Of a stretch of 64,000 bases of DNA, positions 21,455 to 31,038 are shown piece after piece. This DNA comes from a candidate division WOR-3 bacterium (lineage in GTDB: Bacteria; Hydrothermota; Tepidihabitantia; Tepidihabitantales; DTDR01): NCBI GenBank assembly GCA_039801885.1, contig JBDRVN010000001.1:1-64000 (forward strand). The letters run 5' to 3'. Position 1 is the stretch's first letter, and each line of letters opens with the position of its first letter. Made by a program: the position numbers and the translations under genes. The notes beneath the pieces were generated by a model. The model was not told the DNA's origin. It saw nothing but the letters and a program-made list of their open reading frames with translations, and searched no databases.

Positions 21455-22748
21455 ACCAATAAATCAAAGAAGGCAATTTAGGTCCTTCTTCTTTTATTAA
21501 AATTACCTCTTTTAATCTTCTTTTTACTTCTTTTAATTTTTCTTTATCATTGGCGTGAATTTCTAATATAGGCTCTCCTCTTTCTACTTTTTCTCCAAGT
21601 TTTTTAGCAAAAATAAAACCAACAGAATAATCAATTTCATCTTCAATTTTTGTTCGTCCACCACCTAAAAAATTACAAAGAAATCCTATTTTTTTAGTAT
21701 CAATATAAAAAATATAACCTTTTTGCGGAGCAAGATAATATTCTTGGTATTTTGCTTTTGGTAATAAATTATAATTCTCAATTATCGCTTCTTCTCCACC
21801 TTGATTTTTTATCATCTCTTGAAATTTTCTCAAAGGCTTTCCTTCTTTAATTAATTTATTTAGTAGCTCTTCTAATCTCTCTTCACTTTTAATAAGTTTG
21901 GTTCTTAGAAGAAATTCTTTTGCGAAAGTAAATACAATCTCTTTCAAATCTACCAGTTGGTCGCCCTTTAAAAATTCAATTGCTTCTATCACCTCTAAAC
22001 TATTTCCTATTGCTTTACCTAATGGCTGGTTCATATCAGTGATAAAAACACTTATTTTCTTTTTTATTAATCTTCCAATCTTTATTATCGTTTCGGCTAA
22101 CTTTTTAGCTTCAGCAAATTTTTCTAAAAAGGCACCATTTCCGGTTTTTATGTCCAATAATAAAAAATTTATTCCTTCTGCCAATTTTTTACTCATAATA
22201 CTCGCAGTAATAAGAGGGATTGATTCAATAGTAGATGTCGCATCACGGAGAGAGTATAAATATTTATCCGCGGAAACGAGATCTTCCGTTTGTTTGGCAA
22301 TAAAAAATCCGATATTTTCGATTGCCTCTTTGCATTCCTCATAAGTAAGTTTTGTTTTAAAATTTGGTATAGAAGATAGCTTATCAATCGTGCCACCGGT
22401 ATGGCCTAAGGATTTACCAGCAATCATTGGGATTTTAAATCCTAAAGCAGCCAAAATCGGAGTTAAAATCAAAGAAACTTTATCACCCACTCCGCCGGTA
22501 GAATGTTTATCAACTACATATTTTTCTTTAAATTTAAAAATTTTGCCGGATTTCATCATTGCTAAAGTTAAATTAGTGATTTCTTTAAAATTCAAGCCTT
22601 GAAAATAAATTGCCATTAAGAAAGCAGAAGCTTGGTAATCAGGAATTTTTTTATTTATTAAATTTTTAATAAAAAATTCAATTTCTTTCTTAGTCAACTC
22701 TAATCCATCTCTTTTTTTTCTAATTAAAGAAAGAAAATTAATTTCCAT
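21441..22748 (-). CDS. pdp: Pyrimidine-nucleoside/thymidine phosphorylase
   Basis: KKRDG, DKHSTGGVGDK, LGHTGGTIDKL, SIMSKK. Confidence 0.93.
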   Translation of the reverse strand: MEINFLSLIRKKRDGLELTKKEIEFFIKNLINKKIPDYQASAFLMAIYFQGLNFKEITNLTLAMMKSGKIFKFKEKYVVDKHSTGGVGDKVSLILTPILAALGFKIPMIAGKSLGHTGGTIDKLSSIPNFKTKLTYEECKEAIENIGFFIAKQTEDLVSADKYLYSLRDATSTIESIPLITASIMSKKLAEGINFLLLDIKTGNGAFLEKFAEAKKLAETIIKIGRLIKKKISVFITDMNQPLGKAIGNSLEVIEAIEFLKGDQLVDLKEIVFTFAKEFLLRTKLIKSEERLEELLNKLIKEGKPLRKFQEMIKNQGGEEAIIENYNLLPKAKYQEYYLAPQKGYIFYIDTKKIGFLCNFLGGGRTKIEDEIDYSVGFIFAKKLGEKVERGEPILEIHANDKEKLKEVKRRLKEVILIKEEGPKLPSLIYWYGRT

Positions 22749-22822
22749 TTTATATTATAATTTAAGACTTGTGTTTTTTCAAATTTTGACATTTAGCAAA
22801 TTTTTATTATGATTAATAAATA

Positions 22823-23278
22823 ATGATAAGGAATAAAATAACTAAGAAGCGATTAGATAAAGGACCGATAGCAATTATTGAATGTCCCGAAAAAATACCG
22901 TGCAATCCCTGTGTAAACTCTTGTCCGAAAGGAGCAATTGTTATTGAAGATTCTTTAATTGAAATTCCCAAAATTGATTACGAAAAATGTGTTGGCTGTT
23001 TTTTATGCATTCCTAAATGCCCAGGGTTAGCAATCTTTGGAGTTCACTATAATTACACAAAGAAGGAAAGTTTACTTTTTCTACCTTATGAATTTTTACC
23101 AAGACCTAAAAAAGGAGATATTCTGTGGGGACTTGATCGTAATGGCAAAAAGGTTTGTAAGGTAACTGTTGAGAAAGTTATTGAAAATCCTAATTTTAAT
23201 CGCTGTGCTATCATCCAAATCAGAGTAAAAAAGAAATATTTCGATAAAATTCAGATGATTAGTTATGAAAAAAAATAA
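22823..23278 (+). CDS. 4Fe-4S ferredoxin-domain protein
   Basis: IPCNPCVNSCP and CVGCFLCIPKCPG; PYEFLP tail; clustered with BFD and FAD oxidoreductase genes. Confidence 0.8.
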   Translation: MIRNKITKKRLDKGPIAIIECPEKIPCNPCVNSCPKGAIVIEDSLIEIPKIDYEKCVGCFLCIPKCPGLAIFGVHYNYTKKESLLFLPYEFLPRPKKGDILWGLDRNGKKVCKVTVEKVIENPNFNRCAIIQIRVKKKYFDKIQMISYEKK

Positions 23279-23534
23279 TTTTATTATTTGTCGGTGTGAA
23301 GATATCACTTATAAAGAAATTGAAGATTTAATTAAAAAAGGTTTTACTTTGGAAGAGATTAAAAAATTGACACGGTGTGGAATGGGGTATTGCCAAGGAA
23401 GAACTTGTTTTAACATTCTTATTCGTTTATTAAATCTCTGCGAACAAAATCTTATTCCTAAAAAAAGGCCGCCTTTAAAACCTATCGCTATTAAAGAGAT
23501 TATAAAATATTTTGAAAATGAAAAACAGCTTTGA
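23265..23534 (+). CDS. BFD-like (2Fe-2S)-binding protein
   Basis: ICRCEDI..IKKLTRCGMGYCQGRTC..RPP. Confidence 0.85.
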   Translation: MKKNNFIICRCEDITYKEIEDLIKKGFTLEEIKKLTRCGMGYCQGRTCFNILIRLLNLCEQNLIPKKRPPLKPIAIKEIIKYFENEKQL

Positions 23535-24651
23535 TGCAGTAATTATTGGTGCTGGAGTAATTGGTGCGGCTACCGCATATTATTTGACTGAATTAGGATT
23601 AAAAGTGGCAATTATTGAAAAAGATTATCCCACCGCCGGTTCTACAAGTAGATGCATCGGCGGTGTTCGCCAACAATTTGCTCACCCACCAACAATCCAG
23701 TTAATGATTCAATCAGTAAAGTTATTAACCGAATATCAGAATGATTTAAAATGGAATATCGAATGGTATCAAGGCGGATATCTTTTTTTAGCTCATTCGG
23801 AAGAAAAAAAAGAAAGTTACCTAAAAGCAATAGCTATTCAAAAAGAATTTAATTTACCAGTAAGTTTTTTATCTCCCGAAGAATGTCAAAAAATTGTTCC
23901 GGAATTAAATTTAGAAGGACTTTTAGGCGGTGTTTTTTGCCCAACGGATGGCCAAGTTAATCCTTTTAAATTAACTTTTAATTATTTAAATGAGATAAAA
24001 AAGAAGAAAGGCAAACTTTATAATTTTCAAAAAGTTATCAAAATTGAAATCAAAAATTCAAAAGTAATTGGGTTAAAAACCAATAAAAATGAATATTTTT
24101 CTTCACCAATAATTATCAACTGTGCTGGACCTTTTGCTAAAGAAGTTGGGAAATTAGTAAATTTAGATATTCCAATAGAACCAGAAAGACACGAAGCAAT
24201 TGTGACAGAAAAAATTGATAAATCTTTTCCCTGTATGATTGTTGATTATCGAGAAGACGGTTGCTATTTTGTTCAAAAACATACTACAGGAAATATTGTT
24301 GGTTGTTATACACCAATACCTAATATCCCAGGTTATTCTTTAGATTCTTCTTTTGAATTTTTTATTGAAATGTCAAGAAGAATGGTAAGAATAATCCCTA
24401 AATTAAAAGAAATAAGAATTTTACGCCAATGGGCAGGAAGCTATGAAATGACTCCGGATGGTAATCCAATTGTTGGTGAAACCCCGATTGAAGGATTTTA
24501 TCTAAATTGTGGAATGTGTGGGCACGGTTTGATGTTTGCTCCAGCGATTGGTAAAGCTTTGGCTTATTATATTGTAAAAAAAGAATTTATATTGCCTTTA
24601 AAGGATTTTTCTCTTTTTCGAGATTTTTCTAAAAAAGAAGTAATGAAATAA
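23512..24651 (+). CDS. FAD-dependent oxidoreductase, sarcosine oxidase beta / dye-linked proline dehydrogenase family
   Basis: IIGAGVIG, GSTSRCIGGVRQQF, RQWAG.Y.MTPDGNP, GHGLM.AP. Confidence 0.88.
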   Translation: MKMKNSFDAVIIGAGVIGAATAYYLTELGLKVAIIEKDYPTAGSTSRCIGGVRQQFAHPPTIQLMIQSVKLLTEYQNDLKWNIEWYQGGYLFLAHSEEKKESYLKAIAIQKEFNLPVSFLSPEECQKIVPELNLEGLLGGVFCPTDGQVNPFKLTFNYLNEIKKKKGKLYNFQKVIKIEIKNSKVIGLKTNKNEYFSSPIIINCAGPFAKEVGKLVNLDIPIEPERHEAIVTEKIDKSFPCMIVDYREDGCYFVQKHTTGNIVGCYTPIPNIPGYSLDSSFEFFIEMSRRMVRIIPKLKEIRILRQWAGSYEMTPDGNPIVGETPIEGFYLNCGMCGHGLMFAPAIGKALAYYIVKKEFILPLKDFSLFRDFSKKEVMK

Positions 24652-24702
24652 ATATTGATTTTTATGAAAAAAATATTTATAATAACTAATTAAGGAGGAA
24701 AA

Positions 24703-24990
24703 ATGGCTTATTATATTTTATTAACAAAATTGACTGATGAAGGAAGAAAAACTTTGAAAGATTATCCACAGAGACTAAAGGAAGTAAACGAAGAAGTAGA
24801 AGAGATGGGAGCAAAGATTATTGCCCAGTACGCGATTCTTGGCGATTATGATTTTATTAATATTTTAGAAGCACCGGATAATGAAACGATTGCTAAAATC
24901 TCCACCGAACTTGGTTCAAGAGGAACAATTCAAATAACTACTTATGGCGCAATTCCCATCGATGATTTTTTAAAAGCAATTAAAAAATAG
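24703..24990 (+). CDS. GYD domain protein
   Basis: Y..L...TDEG, LGDYDF....EAPD; AGGAGG SD. Confidence 0.8.
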   Translation: MAYYILLTKLTDEGRKTLKDYPQRLKEVNEEVEEMGAKIIAQYAILGDYDFINILEAPDNETIAKISTELGSRGTIQITTYGAIPIDDFLKAIKK

Positions 24991-24998
24991 GAGATTTT

Positions 24999-27239
24999 AT
25001 GATTTATTTTTTATTAATCAGTTTTATATTTAATCAGCAATTAATTTTAAACGGTAATTTTGAGGATAGTTTAAACTATTGGCAGATTAGTAGAGGAACA
25101 GGAACTACTGATTTAAATGTATCTCCTTATCATCATCCCGACCCAGATAACGAAGTTTATCTCTACAAATATGATGCTGATTATATAAAAATATTTCAAA
25201 TAATTGAGATCCCTCATATTTATTTAAATTTTTCTTTTAGTGGTAAATTATTGGCAACCGAACTTAATCCTTCGGCTCCTTATTTTGCTTTTTCATCAAT
25301 AATTTTAGAATATCTGGATGAAAACGAGAATTATCTTGGCCGCACAATGTTTATTTATAAGACTCCGCATTGTTCTTTGACTAATACCTCTAATCAACAC
25401 CTTATTGAAATTACCGATACTCTTTGGGACGATTATAATTTAAATATTTTTGAAGAATTTGCCAATTTACCAGCAATAAATCCTTTTGCGGTCAAAAAAA
25501 TAAAAGTTGTTCTTTTTGATTCCACAAATGGTTGTTGAGCAGGTCACTGTTGGGCGAAGGTCTTCGCCGACGATATTTCTTTAATTCCAGTTTTTGGCGT
25601 TGTTGCTTATCGTTGGTTAATTGATGATAATCCACCGAGAGGTAACGGTGACGGAATTATTAATCCTGGTGAAGAGATAAATTTGCCTATTTGGGTAAGA
25701 AATTATTCTTCAAGACAAGTTAATAATATTATTGGTAAACTTAACTTACAATTTCCTGATCCGAATGTTACTTTAATTGATAGTGTAAAGAATTTTGGTA
25801 ATATTTTACCCCAGGATTCAGCATTTACTGGTGAGGAAGGATATCTTTTCCAAGTAGCAAATAATTGTACTAATGGCTATCGAATTAATTTTATTTTAAA
25901 ATGTGAAGACGAACTTGATAGTTTTTGGCTTTCTTCTGTTTATTTAAAAGTGGGAACTGCTCTTTTTAGAACCGGAATTGTTTATGCCTTGGATACACCA
26001 CCGGGAAATAATAACCGAAGATTAGACCCGGGTGAAGAATGTGCGATTGCTATTCAGTTAAGAAATATTGGCTACGGAAATGGCTATAATATTTATACAA
26101 TTCTAAAATCAGCCGATACCAGTTTGAGAATAATCGATTCAATTGGTATTTACGGAAATATTCCGGCCGGTGAAAGCAGTATGAATTTATCTAACCTTTA
26201 TTATGTTTATGCTAGTCCAAGAATTATTCCTGAAACACCTATACCTTGTACTTTGAAAATTTATGGTGATAATTTTTCTCAAATTCTACCATTTATTATT
26301 ACGGTTGGTGAATTAAGACCTTGCGATCCAGTAACCGATGGTTTTTATTGGGTTTATGAAGATATTGATACTTTCTATTCGGAATGTCCAAATTATGAAT
26401 GGGTTGAAATAAGAGGTCAAGGCGTGCGTTTAAATTTAGGAGATGATGAAACATCGGTAATTGATTTACCAGGTTACTTTGGGTTAATTAAATATTACGA
26501 TACCTATTATAATCAAATATCTATTTGTTCTAATGGTTGGGCAGCAATTGGTTATACTACGAGAGCTGATTATTCCAACACTCCTTTACCTTCCCAAATA
26601 CCAAATCAACTTGCTTGTTCTTGGGATGATTATTATCCACCAATCGGTGGCGGTATTTGGTATTATTTTGACTCTTTAAATCATCGGTTAATTATTGAAT
26701 GGGATTCTGTCCATTATTTCTCACCAAGAGACCAGTGGGATAAATTTCAGATTATTATTTATGATACAACTGTAAGAACAATTAATGGTAATAATGTTAT
26801 CTTTTTCCAATATTATTCTAATAATTACTATCTCTCTAATACTGTTGGTTTTCAAAATCTAACAGGGACTTCTTTTATTAACATTCTTTATAACACTCAA
26901 ATTTCTCGAGGTTTTGATAGTTTAAGACAAGGAAGAGCAATTAAAATTACTCCTAACCCTCCTCAGGTATCAATTGAAGAATCTTCTAATAAAGAAATAA
27001 TAAGAAAAACAATTATTTCCCAAAAGAAAAAGATAAAATTCTACTCGCAAAAAGATAAAGAATATACTATTTTTATTTACAATCTTAATGGTCAGTTAAT
27101 AAAAAAAGAAAATAAATATTTTAAAAAAGGTTGGCAAACCTATAATATTGATAAAAAACTACCAAAAGGCATCTATCTTATCTTTTTAAAAACTACTGAT
27201 GAAAAAATCTCAAAATTTAAAATCCTAATGATTGAATAA
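24999..27239 (+). CDS. Candidate secreted selenoprotein, 746 aa with Sec at codon 180: CBM-like domain, two Ig-like domains, a further domain and a T9SS-like tail
   Basis: ORFs 24999-25538 and 25683-27239 are in the same frame; the only stop is TGA 25536-38; read-through gives ..STNGC-U-AGHCWAKVFADDISLIPVFG..GNGDGIINPGE.. Confidence 0.75.
25549..25571 (+). promoter_or_regulatory. Putative bacterial SECIS hairpin
   Basis: GTT-G-GGCGAA[GGTC]TTCGCC-GAC; the apical loop starts with GG, 20 nt after the in-frame TGA; GC-rich stem in an AT-rich gene. Confidence 0.7.
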
Positions 27240-28546
27240 TGGAAGAAACAAATAAGACAAAAGAATTATTAAAAGCAATAAAAGATGGGAGGATTGATGA
27301 AATCCTTGCAAATATTAGTTATTCTGACATACCGATTTTAGAAAAAGTTGGTGTTCTTCTCAATATCTATTCCGATCCCAATTATGCCAAAAAGATATTT
27401 GAAAGAATTCTTGATTTAGACCCAGAAAATCTTTCGGCAAAATATTCATTAGGTTTTGCCTATTTTCGGTTAGAAGATTGGAACAAAGCCCTTTTCTATT
27501 TTCAAGAAGTTCTAAAAAAAGACCCAACCAATAGCCCCTGCTGGCAGGAAGTAGGAATAATTCAAATGAAAATAGGAGAATATGAAAAGGCATTAGAATC
27601 TTTTCACAAAGCGATTGAATATTCGCCTTTTGATGCCCTTCCTTATTTTCAATTAGCTAAAGTTTCTTCCCAATTACAAAATTATGGAGAGGCTTTAGAA
27701 TATATTAACAAAGCAATTGAATTAAGACCAAAAGATATAAAAATCATTAAAGAAAAAGCGAATATTTTAATTAATTTACAAAAATATGAAGAAGCCCTTG
27801 CTCTTTTACAAGAAATAATCGAAGAAAACCCTAACGATTTGGATGCACTCTTAAATATCAGTTTTATCTTTTGTCAACTTAAAAAATATGATTTAGCATT
27901 AAAGTTTGTTAACCAAGCAGTAAAATTAGCACCAAACGATTCAAAGGTATTGGTGACAAAGGGATATATTTTAGGTAAATTAGGAAGAATAAAAGAGGAA
28001 CTAAAATATTATGAAAGAGCAACAATAATAAATCCCAATGATTGGCAAGCCCATTTTAACCAAGGTGTTTTATATTACGAACTTCAAGAAAAAGAAAAGG
28101 CATTAGAATCTTTTGAAAGGGCATTAAAATTAAACCCCGATTCTTCTGAGGTTCATCATAATATAGGAATTTTATATTTAGAGAAAAAAGAAGGAGAAAA
28201 GGCGTACTATCACTTATTAAAAGCCGTTCAACTAAATCCAAAGATTGGTAATTATTGGTATTCCTTAGGATTGCTTTATTTAGAAACTGGGGATGCCAAA
28301 ACTGCTTCCCAATGTTTTGATGAAGGTTTAAAATATGACCTCAATTCCTATTTATTATTTTCTGGTAAAGCATTAGCATTAAAAGAAATGAATCGCTTAG
28401 AAGAAGCATTAAGGTTTATTAATGAAGCAATTACAATTAATCCTAACTACTTCCAATTGTGGTATGATAAAGGCGAAATCCTTGAAAAAATGGGAAGAAA
28501 AGAAGAAGCCCAAGAATGTTTTAAAAAAGGAAAGGAATTGGTATAA
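27239..28546 (+). CDS. Tetratricopeptide repeat protein
   Basis: About 11 consecutive 34-aa TPR units. Confidence 0.92.
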   Translation: MEETNKTKELLKAIKDGRIDEILANISYSDIPILEKVGVLLNIYSDPNYAKKIFERILDLDPENLSAKYSLGFAYFRLEDWNKALFYFQEVLKKDPTNSPCWQEVGIIQMKIGEYEKALESFHKAIEYSPFDALPYFQLAKVSSQLQNYGEALEYINKAIELRPKDIKIIKEKANILINLQKYEEALALLQEIIEENPNDLDALLNISFIFCQLKKYDLALKFVNQAVKLAPNDSKVLVTKGYILGKLGRIKEELKYYERATIINPNDWQAHFNQGVLYYELQEKEKALESFERALKLNPDSSEVHHNIGILYLEKKEGEKAYYHLLKAVQLNPKIGNYWYSLGLLYLETGDAKTASQCFDEGLKYDLNSYLLFSGKALALKEMNRLEEALRFINEAITINPNYFQLWYDKGEILEKMGRKEEAQECFKKGKELV

Positions 28547-28587
28547 TTTATATCTTGACAATAGTTGCTTTTTCAGTGGTATCGAAT

Positions 28588-28779
28588 ACAAATTATTTTT
28601 AAAGAGATTTGTTATAAAGATAGGAACGTATCCCCTCTGTCTTTTTGTTTGTCTTAGCAAGTGTTTTATCCATAATCTTAATTATTATCTTAGTGTAGAA
28701 CTTTTTAGATATATTAATTATATTAATATTGAACTTTTGAAGTTATTTATTAAACAACTTTATAAGTGTCTTATTAGAG
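28588..28779. repeat. Inverted repeat + hairpin + degenerate 12-bp-period array (copy B)
   Basis: ACAAAT-N13-ATTTGT; GATAGGAACGTATCCCCTCTGTC; units gtctttttgttt/gtcttagcaagt/gttttatccata/atcttaattatt/atcttagtgtag/aactttttagat..aacttttgaagt/tatttattaaac/aactttataagt/gtcttattagag. Confidence 0.65.
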
Positions 28780-28834
28780 AATAACTTAATTTTACCGATA
28801 ATAATATTTTTTATATTAACTGCCAGGGAAGTTA

Positions 28835-29491
28835 TTATATATCATATATCCCATAATCTATTTTCTTTTTTCTTTTTCTAAAAAATAGACCCATTATTAG
28901 ACCAATAACAAAACCTCCAATATGGGCTGACCAAGCAACACCGGAAATTCCCATTGAACTATATAATAATTGTAATAGAATCCATATACCCAGGAAAAGG
29001 AAGGCAGGAACCAAAGCAATTCTTAGAAAGAAACCAATTGGTATTAACGTTAATATCCGAGCATTAGGAAATAAAATTAAATAAGCACCAAGAACACCGG
29101 AGATCGCACCAGAAGCACCAATCATTGGAACTTGGGAATATGGATTTCTTAAAATATGAAGAAAAGAACCTGCTAAACCGCTTAAAAAATACATAACAAA
29201 AAACCAAAAATGACCCAATATATCCTCAACATTATCACCAAATACCCATAAATAAAGCATATTACCAAGAATATGGATAAAATTACCATGTAAAAACATT
29301 CCAGTAAATAAAGTAAGAAGTCTTTCACCGTTAATTATCGAAACTGGAATTATCCCATATTCTAAAATAAAATCTCTTAAATAAGTGCCCAGTGTTAATT
29401 CATATAGAAATATTAAAACATTAATTATTAAAATTAAATAAACAAAAATAGGTCTCTTTAATGAAGGAATATCATCTCTTAATGGTATCAT
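28835..29491 (-). CDS. Rhomboid family intramembrane serine protease
   Basis: MIPLRDD start, MFLHG..HILGNM.YLWVFGDNVED, GASGAISG, AHIGGF. Confidence 0.93.
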   Translation of the reverse strand: MIPLRDDIPSLKRPIFVYLILIINVLIFLYELTLGTYLRDFILEYGIIPVSIINGERLLTLFTGMFLHGNFIHILGNMLYLWVFGDNVEDILGHFWFFVMYFLSGLAGSFLHILRNPYSQVPMIGASGAISGVLGAYLILFPNARILTLIPIGFFLRIALVPAFLFLGIWILLQLLYSSMGISGVAWSAHIGGFVIGLIMGLFFRKRKKKIDYGIYDI

Positions 29492-29960
29492 CTTTTTCAA
29501 TTAACACAACACAAAAACAACTTACCACATCTTTAAAGTTAAACCCTTCCCAGGTCTTTGCTTTAATTCCGATATTTTCTTTATTTACATTTAGGATTTT
29601 TAAAATATTTTCTTTCATCTTGGAAATATAGGGCATAATCTTTGGTCTATCAATTATAATAACCGCATCAATATTTCTTATTTTATAACCTTTCTTTTTC
29701 ACCTTTTTGTAAACTTCTTTTAAAATAATTGAAGAAGAAAGCCCTTTTATCTTTTCATCGGTATCTGGAAAATAATACCCAATATCGTATTCACCGATTG
29801 AACCTAAAAGGGCGTCACTTAAAGCATGAAAAAGTATATCAGCATCGGAATGGCCGGATAATCCATAAGAAAAAGGAATCTTAACACCACCAATTATTAA
29901 CTTTCTTTTCTTTCTTAATGGATGGGAATCAAAACCTAAACCAATTCTTATCTCTTTCAC
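29472..29960 (-). CDS. ispF: 2-C-methyl-D-erythritol 2,4-cyclodiphosphate synthase
   Basis: RIGLGFDSH, GHSDAD..HALSDA, DIG..FP, KAKT.E. Confidence 0.95.
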   Translation of the reverse strand: MKEIRIGLGFDSHPLRKKRKLIIGGVKIPFSYGLSGHSDADILFHALSDALLGSIGEYDIGYYFPDTDEKIKGLSSSIILKEVYKKVKKKGYKIRNIDAVIIIDRPKIMPYISKMKENILKILNVNKENIGIKAKTWEGFNFKDVVSCFCVVLIEKDDTIKR

Positions 29961-30988
29961 ATAATTATCAACTTAAATAGGTCTTCTTTTCCTTTACTTT
30001 TTATTCTTAGATAGTAAATTCCTTTTTGGTATTTTTTATTATCTAAAATGATTTTTTCCTTTATGTTTTTTTTATAAAGAATTTGGCCAACAGTATTAGT
30101 TAAAATAACTTCACTTTCTTGTTCTTTAAGATCAATCATCAAGCAATTTCGCCAAAGAATAGTCCTATTTTTTTCATTGTTTTTTTCAAAAATTCCGGTA
30201 AAAATATCTTTCAAATAAACATTTGAATTTCTTTTTAGTTCAGCAAGCAAAATCCATATACCGAAGTTAAACCACATTCTTTCAAGAATATTAGTACTAT
30301 CTTTTACCAGCCAAAGAGAATCTTTATACCACATAATATCATTAATTCTCATTGTATCTCGCCAAAGAAAATCCATATAAACACCAGCGGTTCTCATTAT
30401 TGTATAGTTTCTTATTTTATAAGCATTAGGAATTAAACCATAAGGAGTTTGGACATTCTCTATATTAATTACCCGAGAAGAATCAGAAATAAAAGTAATC
30501 GTATCGTTTGGTATCCCTTCGCCATCTATATCCAAAATATATCTTCCGCCACTTAAACCCAATCGCCAGAAAAGATTTATTGAAAAAGGTGTTTTATAAA
30601 GAGTTTCTTGGATAATTGTGTCAAATAAAGCACCTATCAAACATAAATATGGTCCATATTCAAAAAGGGTATCATAATATTCTTGAATTTTTCTTTGAAG
30701 AAATTTATTTTGAGAAAAAATATTAGGAGATAGATATTTAATTTTTAAACTTTCCGGATAAAAAGTTTTCCTAATATAAGCCGTATTTCCTTGCCATAAA
30801 GTCTCCTTTACTATTGATTCACTAATTATCCCATCATAAAAATAAATTTCGGTTGTCTCCGAAGGGAAAAATTGCGTTATTGTTTCACAAATGGAAAAAG
30901 TATCTAACGCCCATTTACCTTGAAAAACACCTAAATAAGAACCTACCGGCCCATTAAAGTTAATTAAAAAAACAATCAAATATACCAT
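29957..30988 (-). CDS. Secreted hypothetical protein with T9SS-like C-terminal domain
   Basis: Short hydrophobic N-terminus; C-terminal N..GQ..KGIYYLRI..FKLII. Confidence 0.6.
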   Translation of the reverse strand: MVYLIVFLINFNGPVGSYLGVFQGKWALDTFSICETITQFFPSETTEIYFYDGIISESIVKETLWQGNTAYIRKTFYPESLKIKYLSPNIFSQNKFLQRKIQEYYDTLFEYGPYLCLIGALFDTIIQETLYKTPFSINLFWRLGLSGGRYILDIDGEGIPNDTITFISDSSRVINIENVQTPYGLIPNAYKIRNYTIMRTAGVYMDFLWRDTMRINDIMWYKDSLWLVKDSTNILERMWFNFGIWILLAELKRNSNVYLKDIFTGIFEKNNEKNRTILWRNCLMIDLKEQESEVILTNTVGQILYKKNIKEKIILDNKKYQKGIYYLRIKSKGKEDLFKLIIM

Positions 30989-31038
30989 CGTTTCCTCCTT
31001 GTTTATTTCCTTAATTATAAAAATTTATAAATTTTTTG

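Noticed and set aside
25536-25538. Genome-wide UGA reassignment (code 4 or 25)
   Set aside because: TGA ends recO, xerC, tadA and others at their natural C-termini, and long genes have no other internal TGA.
28409-28784. ORFs 28422-28784 and 28409-28660
   Set aside because: They overlap the TPR gene and the array, with no SD or recognisable motif.
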